Source: a virus (taxonomy: Duplodnaviria > Caudoviricetes). From it: DNA of 27,888 nucleotides. The stretch is from positions 1-27,888 of IMG/VR virus record IMGVR_UViG_3300031519_000169. One strand, written 5' to 3'. The position numbers and the translations under genes are program-made. Shown piece by piece: positions 13,881 through 24,110 of this stretch (position 1 is its first letter; each line of letters opens with the position of its first letter). Below the pieces are notes generated by a model that did no database searches, was not told the DNA's origin, and worked only from the letters and a program-made list of their open reading frames with translations.

Positions 13881-15095
13881 TTATTTAGCAACCCATCCAG
13901 TGTTGCCTGTTCCACTTTCTTTTGCATAAAAAGACGTTCCTGTGCTTCCGTCAGTTCTCATAAATACAGAGCCAATCGGAGCAGTTACAGCAGTTTCTGG
14001 CGTTCCTGATCCAGACAACAATCTAGCGGCTGTGCCATTTACACGAACATGCTCAGGGAAAACTGCATCAGCCGTTGTATTTGATGTGTTGGAAAAAATT
14101 TGGATGCGGCCAGTTCCTGTCATAGTTGGCGTTGTCTGACCAATATTAATGCCATTGAACGCAACACCAGAAGGAACAAAGATGGTGGACGATCCAGCAG
14201 TTTCCGTGATCCTACCACCAGAAATGTTGACCTGCGTTCCGCTTGCCGCATTAGTTAAGTCAAGCAATGTACTGGTGTTTGACGTATGCAAAAAACAGTT
14301 ACTGAAATCGACACACCCATAAACATAAGATGATGCCGAATACATCATAACGCCATTCTCAATATAACAACCATTGAAACTTAGCTGGGCAATATTTCCA
14401 CCAATGTGAACGTTTGTGCCACCTTGGTTTGCAATGGTGCAACCAAAGAAACTGTTTATTGATCCAAGAATGTATGCACCATAAATGCATCCTTCAATGC
14501 GGCCGCCATAAAAATTGTTGTTGGTTGCACCGCAGTTAATACCTCTTGTTGTTTTGATTACAGAGGCATCGTCATACCCAGAGATGTTAATGTTATAAAA
14601 ATTTGCATCTACAAGTTCAGCCGTATCAAGAGCAATGCCATTAATTGCCTTAAAACCGACATTCTGAAGGACAACACCAAATGCAATAGTTGGAGGCGCA
14701 CCAGAACCTGTGCAATCAACACCACCTGTTGCTACCCCAGTGCCGTTGAAAACAACATCTTTAATCTGAACTCCTTGCTTATCGTTAAAGCTAAACATCA
14801 GGATAGCACTTTCAGTAAAGATTTGCGAAACGCCAACAGCACTTGCTGGAGATGTTGTAGTTACGGCATTTACTGCATTACCACTTTCACCAAAGAATAC
14901 TTGATTTGTTCTAGTGAATTGTAATGTTGAACCAATCTTGAAATTTCCAACAGGCACAAAAACGTTCTTGTTTGTGTCCAAAGCTGTCTGAATTGCAGAA
15001 GCACTGTCAGTTGCTCCAGTAGGGTCTGCCCCAAAATCAACAATGTTGACAGGGGCGCTTTCGATCATGCGGTTGTGTGCTTTTGTTAGTGCCAT
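13881..15095 (-). CDS. Tailspike, pectate-lyase-like beta-helix
   Basis: VNIVDFGADPTGATDSASAIQ.A start, beta-helix repeats, C-terminal GSGTPE.AVTAPIGS...RTDG...YAKESGTGNTGW domain. Confidence 0.85.
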   Translation of the reverse strand: MALTKAHNRMIESAPVNIVDFGADPTGATDSASAIQTALDTNKNVFVPVGNFKIGSTLQFTRTNQVFFGESGNAVNAVTTTSPASAVGVSQIFTESAILMFSFNDKQGVQIKDVVFNGTGVATGGVDCTGSGAPPTIAFGVVLQNVGFKAINGIALDTAELVDANFYNINISGYDDASVIKTTRGINCGATNNNFYGGRIEGCIYGAYILGSINSFFGCTIANQGGTNVHIGGNIAQLSFNGCYIENGVMMYSASSYVYGCVDFSNCFLHTSNTSTLLDLTNAASGTQVNISGGRITETAGSSTIFVPSGVAFNGINIGQTTPTMTGTGRIQIFSNTSNTTADAVFPEHVRVNGTAARLLSGSGTPETAVTAPIGSVFMRTDGSTGTSFYAKESGTGNTGWVAK

Positions 15096-15104
15096 TGTTT
15101 ATCC

Positions 15105-16064
15105 TCACGCAGACCGATAAGTTAGATTAATTGTAATCACAGTGTTTGCCGTCATCTCAGATGCCTGAAGCGAAGTTGTCCCTGTAGAAGCATCCCATAA
15201 TTTTAAACCAACAGTTGTTGCATTAAGGTCAGTAATCATTCCAACAACCTGACCAGCCGTAATGTTTAAACTGCCAGCAAAGCCAGCAGAAGAACCAGTG
15301 TGTGCGCCAGCTGCCGAAGCCGTAGTGAATGGCAAGCCAGCCAGCTTTACGTTGCCAGACATAGAGCCAAGAGAAGATGCGTTAATATAACCAGACACAG
15401 TTACAAGATTGCCGACCTTTGTGTAAAAGCCAGCATTGTAAATTGACATGGTTGCGTTATTGGTTCCATCCGTAAAGAGTGGTGTCCATGCACCCTCCTC
15501 GTAATCATCAAGTAGCTCAGAGGTGCCAGTGCCAGCAGTAGCAGAAAAGTCTATGCCGTTGCCAGATGTCCCCATTATTACGTTGCCGTTGCTTAATCTG
15601 AAATCAACAACTCCAGCAGTACCGCCTCTGCCTTTAAATCTAGCTCTCTCTGCTAAAGCGTTTTGCCATTTAGTTTTAAAAACAAGATCATTTGCTATTT
15701 CAGCCTCGCTTATTCCTACTGCTTCAATAGTAGCGACTTGTGGTTCTATACTATAGGTGGAGTTTTTAAGATAAAAATCTATACCTACGCCCAACCCATT
15801 TCCTGTAGTGCCGCTAGGTAAATGAGATACTTTTACCGGATATGACACAGCAGAATTAGCTGTATCTACAACCGATAACGAACTTATTCCGGGAGTAACA
15901 TTTAAACTTGCAAGATTAGCGGCTCCAGTTACGTCAAGATCGCCAGAAACTTTTAAGTCTGAATCAATATCAATGTCACCATTGAAAGTTAAAGTTCCAT
16001 CAATTGTTACATCGTTAAATGTAGGGTTGCGGCCAAAGACACCACCATTCTGTTTAATGCTCAT
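15105..16064 (-). CDS. Tail fibre protein
   Basis: GIDFSAT.GTG.SELLDDYEEG.WTP and YTKVGNLVTV...GLPFT tip motifs. Confidence 0.8.
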   Translation of the reverse strand: MSIKQNGGVFGRNPTFNDVTIDGTLTFNGDIDIDSDLKVSGDLDVTGAANLASLNVTPGISSLSVVDTANSAVSYPVKVSHLPSGTTGNGLGVGIDFYLKNSTYSIEPQVATIEAVGISEAEIANDLVFKTKWQNALAERARFKGRGGTAGVVDFRLSNGNVIMGTSGNGIDFSATAGTGTSELLDDYEEGAWTPLFTDGTNNATMSIYNAGFYTKVGNLVTVSGYINASSLGSMSGNVKLAGLPFTTASAAGAHTGSSAGFAGSLNITAGQVVGMITDLNATTVGLKLWDASTGTTSLQASEMTANTVITINLTYRSA

Positions 16065-16080
16065 TTTATAAATTCCTTAA

Positions 16081-18558
16081 TTAAACTGTGACGTTTGATG
16101 CATCTTTCCAAACTGATCCATTCCACCAAATCGGTTTGTTTAATGATGTATCCCAGTATTGATATCCGCCTTGAACAGCCTCTAGGGTTGGCCTATTAGC
16201 TGTGCTATCGTATCTTGCTCCAGTAACCGCGTATGTAAATTGACACCCTGCACCAACAGTTTGCGTAAGCAAGGCTTTACTATAAAATCCTGTCACTTCA
16301 TTGCTTTCTATAATTACATTAATTGCACTTAATACAGAGATTCCGACGGTGTTACCATCCATGATTCTATTGTTTTTAATAGATATGTCTTTTGATTTAG
16401 CTTCGGTAACTACAATGCCACCAGTTCTAATATATGATGCTTGAGGGCTAACAGCAGTTGCATAATTCTTAATAGTATTACCTGTAACGTTAACATTTTC
16501 CATTGCTACAGTTGCCGCACCACCATTGATAAAGATGGGTGCCCCTGCTTGTGGAGTGCTTGTGCCACCACCAATGGTAGTCCTTCCTTGATGGTCAGTA
16601 ATAATATTATTATTAATAGAGATGTTACTACCATCGTAATAAGCTAGAATCCCAGCAAATCTTGGCGAGATAATTACATTACTATCAACAACCGTATTTA
16701 CTGTTCCCAATAAAGCAATACCAGCTCCTGCTTCTGGCACTAAATTGTTTGTTAAACCATCAACAACAGTATTTCCAGAAATAACAGTAGACCCTAAAGT
16801 AGCACCTGATCCAACATAAGAACCTACAACAGAAATGCCTGATAAAGCTGGGCTATAAATATTGTTATTAGAAACTACAATTTGCTGGTTAAAATTGTTT
16901 CCATACGTTGCACTGTTCTGGTTAATGGTGATTCCGTTTCCTAAAGAATTCCACAACATATTATCTGAAACAACATAATTTCTTAACTCAGAAGTAGTTC
17001 CACTCATATCGTGAACTACAATCTGAACCCCACCCCCAGTTACTTTATTGCCTGTGCATTCAACATCATCACCTAGCAAAGAAAATACAGAGTCGGTTGA
17101 AGTAAAGGAAGCGGAACAATTAACAACATTATTGCGGATAGTGCATTTTGTTCTACCATTAACCCCTAAACTTTGACCATTAATATCAGTAAAAGAAGTT
17201 AGGAACCCTGTACCGTAACAGTCTTTAATAGTAATTTGTGTTGCTTCATATGTTTGAACAGCATTCCTAGTTATATTAGAAAACGTATCATTCTCTACAT
17301 TAATTTCTGAAATAAAAGTAGAGTTTTTAGCATAAATTCCCTTGCCACCTAAAGCCGACCCCTGATCTTTTAAGTTTAAGTAAGCATTGTTTTTTGATTT
17401 AACAACAGTTGCTTCTGGAAGATGAACGCCATTACAATTTATCCCAGTTAAAACTGTACTATTACCATTTAAAATAATTCCTTCCATAGAAAAATGACTA
17501 GAGGCTGTAGCGCGACCTAACATATAAGCTGTACCTGTAGCGGTATTCAACTTAATAGTTACTTGCCCCTCAGTTCCTACTATAGAAATAGAGCTTGGGA
17601 CTTCTAATACATAATCAGAACTACTTTTGGATACTAAATAAGTTCCTTCATTAAACAATAGAGTTTTGTTATTAGCGGCATTAAAGGCTAGTTGTATAGC
17701 CGCTGTGTCATCTGTAACTCCATCGCCCACTGCGCCAAAGTCTTTAACGCTTACACTCTCGCGTAACTTAGTTTGAACAGTAGTAGCTACTGCACCAGTA
17801 CCAGCAGGAAGATAAGACACTAAATCAGAGCTAGTAGACCCTACTGCAAGAGAGGCCGTAACCATGACTTCAATAGTACTTAGATTAGGGGGTGCAACAG
17901 AAAAAGTAATTGTTGACGCTGACAGGCTATAACCATCTTTTTGTTGATAGACACCATCAATATAAACTTGAGTATTGTTCTCAGAATGTGGAACTATTCC
18001 TAAAACAAATGCTGTAGTTGATCCATTACCTGTAAAGTTATAAGCAGACCAAGCCGCAGAGTCATAAGCATCCGCACCTGTTCCAGCACTAACTTCAGGC
18101 GCACCAGTTGTAGCATTAAAGGATAAGAACTTACCTAACCTATCAGCCTTCAAAGGGATAGTCATGTCTACACCAGTAGTAGGCGGCTCTACATCTTTAA
18201 GTCTTAGGCTACGGTCGTTTAAGTTTTCGTTCTGAATAGCACCAATATAGATTTTATCAAAGTCTTCGTTAACATCATCGGCAAGAAACTTACCACTGTT
18301 CTGGTAGTTAGTAGTGCGGTCTAACGGCATAGCCAATACAAGGCTCACAATCTGCCCAGCAGGGACTCCAGTGTCTAGGACTACTGTTCCACCAGTTGTA
18401 TTGTTAACACCTGTTACAGTGTAACCAGAGGACAATAAGACCCCATTCTGGTATACAGCCATGTCAGTAGCTTCAATAACCCTAAAGGTATAGATGAAAA
18501 CAGTCTGACTAGCTGTAGCCGTTATGTCATTTCTTGTAATTAATGCCGATACGGTCAT
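16081..18558 (-). CDS. Anchored tailspike/fibre with beta-helix depolymerase-like domain
   Basis: N-terminus like a podoviral fibre anchor (QTVFIYTF.V....DMAVY), FTGNGSTTAF.L...VYIDGVYQ domain, VSVKDFGAVGDGVTDDTAAIQ, beta-helix, C-terminal RPT...YWDTSLNKPIWWNG domain. Confidence 0.88.
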   Translation of the reverse strand: MTVSALITRNDITATASQTVFIYTFRVIEATDMAVYQNGVLLSSGYTVTGVNNTTGGTVVLDTGVPAGQIVSLVLAMPLDRTTNYQNSGKFLADDVNEDFDKIYIGAIQNENLNDRSLRLKDVEPPTTGVDMTIPLKADRLGKFLSFNATTGAPEVSAGTGADAYDSAAWSAYNFTGNGSTTAFVLGIVPHSENNTQVYIDGVYQQKDGYSLSASTITFSVAPPNLSTIEVMVTASLAVGSTSSDLVSYLPAGTGAVATTVQTKLRESVSVKDFGAVGDGVTDDTAAIQLAFNAANNKTLLFNEGTYLVSKSSSDYVLEVPSSISIVGTEGQVTIKLNTATGTAYMLGRATASSHFSMEGIILNGNSTVLTGINCNGVHLPEATVVKSKNNAYLNLKDQGSALGGKGIYAKNSTFISEINVENDTFSNITRNAVQTYEATQITIKDCYGTGFLTSFTDINGQSLGVNGRTKCTIRNNVVNCSASFTSTDSVFSLLGDDVECTGNKVTGGGVQIVVHDMSGTTSELRNYVVSDNMLWNSLGNGITINQNSATYGNNFNQQIVVSNNNIYSPALSGISVVGSYVGSGATLGSTVISGNTVVDGLTNNLVPEAGAGIALLGTVNTVVDSNVIISPRFAGILAYYDGSNISINNNIITDHQGRTTIGGGTSTPQAGAPIFINGGAATVAMENVNVTGNTIKNYATAVSPQASYIRTGGIVVTEAKSKDISIKNNRIMDGNTVGISVLSAINVIIESNEVTGFYSKALLTQTVGAGCQFTYAVTGARYDSTANRPTLEAVQGGYQYWDTSLNKPIWWNGSVWKDASNVTV

Positions 18559-18584
18559 TATCTTGTCCTATGTTAAGTGTGCCA

Positions 18585-18591
18585 ATTATAC
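18585..18591 (-). promoter_or_regulatory. Candidate promoter -10 for the fibre/lysis operon
   Basis: GTATAAT(TGG) on the minus strand in the gap before the tailspike gene, with a poor -35. Confidence 0.5.
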
Positions 18592-18602
18592 TATTTTTAG
18601 CG

Positions 18603-21600
18603 TTATAAATCACTCGATGCTTTTTGAACTTCATCTAGTCCATGTCTTATATAAAATAAATTCTGCAAAGGTATAAGTCTTCTAAGTGTTCTTATATCTG
18701 ATTCAGTCATTTCACCTTCAGATGTAATTGCATTGGTTGCCGCTACAGTAGTGCTTAACAAGCTACCAAAAGTTGGCCCCAACAAAGACTCAGAAACAGT
18801 GCGAGCTACTTGCTTAGAAGCAGGGGCATCAATTCCTAGTAACGGCCTTAATCCTAAAGAGTTTCCTGATATCTTTTCTATTGTGTTAGTAATTTCTCCA
18901 ATAACACCTATAGCGCCCGATCTATCAATTCCTTCTGTAACCCATACGGCAGGATCATCGCTAACATCTCTTCCTGCAATCTTCTGTTTAAGATAATAAG
19001 TAAACATTCCCATACCAACAAGTGAAGCAAGACCGCCCACTGCATTGTGATCCTGATTCTGTAATGCGGCAATAAAGACTCGCTGAGTTGCAGACAATAT
19101 AAACGATCTAAACTGACCAACAGTTTTACCCATTTCAGTAGACATAAACAATGGTTTTTCTTGGCCGGGAATTAGAATTACGCGATCACTTTCTTTGCGT
19201 ACAGCCGCGCCCCACATTCTTTCTAGGTCTGGTCTATCCCAATTTTTAGCATTTGTAAGCCATACACCATCTTCATTCTTGCCATGCTTTACTACTTGCT
19301 TATACATGTCTTTTGCTGATTGCTCGTCAATACCTAATCGAGCTAGGCGCTTGTCATAAACTCCTTTTTTTAATCCATCAAAGATAGATGTTTGCATAGT
19401 AACAGCGTGAAGTTGTTTCATTCCTGCTGTCCAATGATCTAAGAAGTTTATCTTTCCAAACTTGCTAGAAGCAGATCGCAACCCTCTTTCGATAGCTGTA
19501 CCGCCTTGAGCATAATCGCCAACATCAGCAATAATTTCTGACTTGCCTGACATAATAGCATCAGTGCCAACGCCATAACGCTTTAACTCAGAAGCCGCTT
19601 CTTTAAATTGTTTTGTGTTTTTGATTAACGGCCCAAGACCACTCTTAAATGTTTTAGCAAAACCTTCAGCCATAAATACGCGAGAAACGTCAGGTAAACT
19701 AGAAACAGTTACACCACCAAGCAAACGCAAATAGTTTAAGTCTCTTGAAGACCTAGCCATACGAGTCCAGATATTATCTTCAGAAAATCCGTAGACACCA
19801 CGAATACGATCACGCATTCCTGCAATGTCTCTAACGTCACTTTCTCGTTGCTTTTCTAACTTTTCTTGTTGCTTTGGAGTAAGTGATTTATCATTTTTTT
19901 TCTTGGCATACCATGTGTTAATATCTTTAAGTTGATCGATCATATTAACATCATCAAACTTTCTAACTAACTCAATATCTCCAGCTACATTTTGAAGATA
20001 CCTAGCGCCTAATGTCTCAATGTCATTCTCTAAAAACTCTTCAACTATTTCATCGTCAATTTGGAATACACGATTTCTTAATGGGCCGCGCAATGCAGTA
20101 CCACTAATGCCGCGACTGCTAGAACCAGAACCTAATTTCCAATCATAAGGAAGTCTACCGTCTGGACTACCCTGTATTCTTTGTGCGATTTCTTGAGCAA
20201 GAGATTCATAATCTTGGCGTTCAAAATCCATGCCTTTCTTAAACTCAGCTTTATCAATAATCGCTTGAAGATTATCTTTTTCTTTTCCTGTTGCTGTAGC
20301 AATTTTCTCAGAAGCCGCTTTAGCATCTTCAAATAGTTTTACGTCTTTTTCTGCAAGCCAGTTAGACACTTTACTAACAAACTGAGGAAAGTTAGCTGAA
20401 ATTTTATTTTTGTTCCATACGCGATTTAGATAATTGTTAGCTGTTTTAACATCTACATCTTCAGGAAGTAATTTTAAAGCTACCATTTCATCTTTAAGGG
20501 GAGTGTATAATTCCTTATTCCAGTAATTAGCAGAAGCCTTAACTTGAGGAATGTCACTATCGCCTTTTCTAATTGCAGTAGATACAGCTTCATTAAACTG
20601 CTTTCGATTCATCTTTCCACCAGCACTTTTATACTCTGCAAAAAGATTAGAATTGTTTTGCAATGATGTGCCTAGCTTTCCTGAATGAGCTTTAGCTAAA
20701 GACTCAGCCGCTTGAAGAACATTGCCATCCATTTTGATGGGGTTCTCAGCCATCATAGTAGCAATTAATCTAGTTGTTGGATTCTCACTTGTGATTGTGC
20801 GAGACAGCGGATCAAAGCCTAATAGCTTTACTAGTTTTTTAGCTATCTTTCCCGAAACTTGAGTGTCACCAAGAGCTTGCTGTGCGCCAACACTGCCCGA
20901 ACCTACAGGCCCAGTAACAGCGTCAATAGTAGGATTAATCCCTTCTGCAATTTTAGGCTCAACATTCATAACATTTTCGTATGCGTCGATCATTTTAGCA
21001 TCAACACCATACGTAGCTAACTTAGCCGCTGTGCCTCCTAAAACGCCACCTAAGAGCATTCCAGCAGAAATGTTAGTGGCAGACTCTCCGTAAGTTCTAG
21101 TAAGCTGTTGCGTGTGTAAAGCCGCTTCTTGGATAGCTGTGTCAACACCAACAACCGAACCCATTACAGCCGCGCCCTTTAGAATGCCTTTTCCTGCTCT
21201 ATAAGTATTTAGTGCAACACCACCTATAGACAATAAAGAAATAGGGTCAGCCATCATTACAGGCAAACCAACAATAAAAGAAGTAGCTCCACCTTGAGCC
21301 ATTGTTTCTCTGTCGGTTCTTTCTCTAGTCATTTGGCGGCGTACAGCTTCTAACTCTTCATCATTATCCGCATACAGCGCATTGCTAACAAAAGCCTGAT
21401 CTAGTCTTTCATCTTCGGTAAATAATCCATAAGGATCGTAATCTGGGTTATCTTTGGTAGAGTCAGGTAAGCCAGATTCTTGAGAAACAAATGATCCAAT
21501 AATATTTTCTTGTCGATAAAACGCCTTGGCAATTTCACCAACTGAAGGACGCTCATCTTCTTCTAAAGCAAGAGGAACTAATTTTGGAGCTATTAACTCT

Positions 21601-21626
21601 TGATCTGGCGATGCAACAAAACCCAT
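18603..21626 (-). CDS. Large internal virion (ejection) protein
   Basis: 1007 aa, helical, Gly/Ala hydrophobic stretches, GQFRSF and RRLIPLQN motifs, T7 gp16 position. Confidence 0.75.
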   Translation of the reverse strand: MGFVASPDQELIAPKLVPLALEEDERPSVGEIAKAFYRQENIIGSFVSQESGLPDSTKDNPDYDPYGLFTEDERLDQAFVSNALYADNDEELEAVRRQMTRERTDRETMAQGGATSFIVGLPVMMADPISLLSIGGVALNTYRAGKGILKGAAVMGSVVGVDTAIQEAALHTQQLTRTYGESATNISAGMLLGGVLGGTAAKLATYGVDAKMIDAYENVMNVEPKIAEGINPTIDAVTGPVGSGSVGAQQALGDTQVSGKIAKKLVKLLGFDPLSRTITSENPTTRLIATMMAENPIKMDGNVLQAAESLAKAHSGKLGTSLQNNSNLFAEYKSAGGKMNRKQFNEAVSTAIRKGDSDIPQVKASANYWNKELYTPLKDEMVALKLLPEDVDVKTANNYLNRVWNKNKISANFPQFVSKVSNWLAEKDVKLFEDAKAASEKIATATGKEKDNLQAIIDKAEFKKGMDFERQDYESLAQEIAQRIQGSPDGRLPYDWKLGSGSSSRGISGTALRGPLRNRVFQIDDEIVEEFLENDIETLGARYLQNVAGDIELVRKFDDVNMIDQLKDINTWYAKKKNDKSLTPKQQEKLEKQRESDVRDIAGMRDRIRGVYGFSEDNIWTRMARSSRDLNYLRLLGGVTVSSLPDVSRVFMAEGFAKTFKSGLGPLIKNTKQFKEAASELKRYGVGTDAIMSGKSEIIADVGDYAQGGTAIERGLRSASSKFGKINFLDHWTAGMKQLHAVTMQTSIFDGLKKGVYDKRLARLGIDEQSAKDMYKQVVKHGKNEDGVWLTNAKNWDRPDLERMWGAAVRKESDRVILIPGQEKPLFMSTEMGKTVGQFRSFILSATQRVFIAALQNQDHNAVGGLASLVGMGMFTYYLKQKIAGRDVSDDPAVWVTEGIDRSGAIGVIGEITNTIEKISGNSLGLRPLLGIDAPASKQVARTVSESLLGPTFGSLLSTTVAATNAITSEGEMTESDIRTLRRLIPLQNLFYIRHGLDEVQKASSDL

Positions 21627-21634
21627 TTTATTTC

Positions 21635-23668
21635 CTATTTAGATATGGCTCTTAAATCTGGAGTAGATGCATAAATTTGTCCACTTTGCGCGGCTCTCAT
21701 TTCTTGTTCTGCCGTATCTTTAATTATAGCCATTTCTTCTTCTTCAGCAGTTAAAATGTCAGGCGTATATCTGTTTAACATTACCTCGTTACCATTTTCA
21801 TCTTGCCCAGCAAACACAGCAGTATTTAAAGTGCCATTACTATCCCTATACATTACAGTATAAGAAGGATTCCCTGTAGATGCTTGCCTTGCAGTAATTG
21901 AATCAGAAACTAAAACAATATCTTTTTTATCTAACTCAAGGCCAAAAATTCCAGAAGGGCCAGTTAGCTCATTATAAATATCTTCTCTAATATAATTTAC
22001 GCTGTCAGTAACTCCAAGCCCATAATAATCTTCAGGGCGAAACTTCATAAATCCAAACTCGCCTTCTTGATAATTAGTCTGAATGCTTTTCATAGCCTGT
22101 TCTTTAGCATTATCTACAGACATACCGGAAATGTAATAGCTTTCAACTAAAGTTCCGTAGTCTCTAATTAAGTCATATTGCGCAATATCATTTACATTAA
22201 ATTTCTCAAAATACCCTGAACCATATTGTTCAACCATTTCGTTTCTATAAGACCCACTAAAAGTTTTCTTACCTTCTGTAGATTTAATTTCGGCTGTTCT
22301 AGCTTCAATTCTTGCCTTATTAGTTGGGTCAGTGTTTTTAATTGCTTGTTGTGTAGCAAGGTCTGCACCCATAAACTGACTTAAAGAATTAACTTCTGTA
22401 GCAAAAGCGCGTTGTTGTTCAGTAAGAACTGTTTGTCCAATTCCAGCAATTTCGGTTAATCTTCCAATAGTTTCTGAAGCCGCTTGTATTCTGTTTACAT
22501 CTTGCGACATTAAATCATTAGTTAGCTCTTGCTTTAACATGGCAGGAACAAAACCAGTTTTTGCTACAAAATCTGTTTGCTTTGCACCTCTAGCATCAGG
22601 GTTATCAGATGGTAATTCTTGGAACGTAACTTCCGCATAATAATCATTTGCATCTTTTTGTGTAATTGGAATTTGATCGCCAACAGGTGTAACGCTGTCC
22701 ATTACATTTCCAACACGAATCATTCCTTGATCTTTTTTGATCTCTGTTAATTCTGCTTTATATGCTTGTCTAACACCATTTAATCTTTGGCTAATTAAAC
22801 CTAGCATTTGATCTTTTTCTGTAGGGCTTATACCTTCAATTTTAGATGTTCTAAAATCTTCAAGGAATTTTGCGCCACTAATAAGTTTTTCTTCATTAGA
22901 CAAATCTTCATTAAAGACAGCCCTATCAACATTGCCAATTTCAGTTTGAAGCATAATTGATCTTTCAACTTTGCGCTTTTCAGCCTCAAGGTTAGAAGCG
23001 TATTTAGGAGAAGCTTCAGCCAAAGCATCCATCTCTGCAAATAATATTTCTTTTTCTACACTAACAAGCTCTGCGTCACCATTGCGAGCCAAGTTTTCAA
23101 TATCAATAACACCGACATCAACACCATTAGACAATGTATCAATGCTTTGATTTTGAGTAGATACTTCAAACGCTTTACTTATGTTTGCGGTAGCAGTAGC
23201 AATTCTTGGGGCTATTGCGGATATAAGGTCTTGCCTTAATTCTATAGGAGCAGAGTTAATTGTTGCATCAAAGTATGCTTTAGACGCATTTTCATAGCCA
23301 ACAGGATCATCTGCAAATTCTGTTGCAAGCTCTATTAAACGTACTTTTGAATCAGTGTTACGCTGAGAAAGCTGTGCATTAATTACTGTATTTTGGTAAA
23401 CGTCAGCGCCATAACCTCGACGCTCCTCTATCTCTCCGTAAGATACTTTACCTTCTTCATCAACTATACGAGCCTCTTCAACAGCTAACAATGCTTCTTC
23501 AGGAGCCTCACGTTCTGCCTTAGCAATACCAAACTGTTCAGCAACACCGCCTACTTGCTCTGCTAATCCTGCTAGAGCTTGCATACGTCGCGCACCAGAC
23601 TGATCTACACCAGTAGGTTGGAACTTGCCGTAGAAGCCAATGCGCTCTTGTCTAGGTTGTCTAGCCAT
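21635..23668 (-). CDS. Internal virion (ejection) protein, 677 aa
   Basis: Start moved to MARQPRQ (23668, AAGG upstream). Helical, T7 gp15 position. Confidence 0.7.
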   Translation of the reverse strand: MARQPRQERIGFYGKFQPTGVDQSGARRMQALAGLAEQVGGVAEQFGIAKAEREAPEEALLAVEEARIVDEEGKVSYGEIEERRGYGADVYQNTVINAQLSQRNTDSKVRLIELATEFADDPVGYENASKAYFDATINSAPIELRQDLISAIAPRIATATANISKAFEVSTQNQSIDTLSNGVDVGVIDIENLARNGDAELVSVEKEILFAEMDALAEASPKYASNLEAEKRKVERSIMLQTEIGNVDRAVFNEDLSNEEKLISGAKFLEDFRTSKIEGISPTEKDQMLGLISQRLNGVRQAYKAELTEIKKDQGMIRVGNVMDSVTPVGDQIPITQKDANDYYAEVTFQELPSDNPDARGAKQTDFVAKTGFVPAMLKQELTNDLMSQDVNRIQAASETIGRLTEIAGIGQTVLTEQQRAFATEVNSLSQFMGADLATQQAIKNTDPTNKARIEARTAEIKSTEGKKTFSGSYRNEMVEQYGSGYFEKFNVNDIAQYDLIRDYGTLVESYYISGMSVDNAKEQAMKSIQTNYQEGEFGFMKFRPEDYYGLGVTDSVNYIREDIYNELTGPSGIFGLELDKKDIVLVSDSITARQASTGNPSYTVMYRDSNGTLNTAVFAGQDENGNEVMLNRYTPDILTAEEEEMAIIKDTAEQEMRAAQSGQIYASTPDLRAISK

Positions 23669-23699
23669 TATTCTTACCTTTATTCTTTTAAGTAAATGT

Positions 23700-24110
23700 C
23701 TATTCTGGCATAGCCTGAGCAATGCCAACACTACCTTTAAGCAATGTAGAAGTCGCCTGTATGTTAGCCATAGCTCTAGCATTAGCGCCTTGTCTTCGTA
23801 ACTGTGCGCGTTTTAGTTTGTCAGATAAATTCAACATACCTTCACTAGTGCCAATTTGCTTTGCGCTTTCAAGAGCAATACTTGCAGGAGTACCTTCACC
23901 AGTCATACCAGACATAGAAGCACTAACCGCATTAGCCGCAAGAACCTTATTAAGTTCTTGTTTACGCTGTAGCTCTCTACCTTCAGCCGCAATCTTTTCT
24001 TCTTCGGCTTGGCGCTCAAATTCTTGCTGTTGGGCTTTGCCAGCCTGAACCTGTCCATAAGTACTTACTGCTGTGCTTACCGCCATTGCCGCCACTATTG
24101 CAAAACTCAT
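23700..24110 (-). CDS. Small internal virion protein (gp14-like)
   Basis: Ala/Gln-rich with a hydrophobic N-terminus and SG...EGT motif. Syntenic position. Confidence 0.75.
   Translation of the reverse strand: MSFAIVAAMAVSTAVSTYGQVQAGKAQQQEFERQAEEEKIAAEGRELQRKQELNKVLAANAVSASMSGMTGEGTPASIALESAKQIGTSEGMLNLSDKLKRAQLRRQGANARAMANIQATSTLLKGSVGIAQAMPE

Noticed and set aside
13881-18558. Diversity-generating retroelement or invertible tail-fibre system
   Set aside because: No reverse transcriptase or invertase gene, and I saw no template/variable repeat pair by eye.
23669-23782. Longer start for the 715-aa ORF
   Set aside because: It overlaps the gp14-like gene. ATG 23668 has a purine-rich leader and a typical start.
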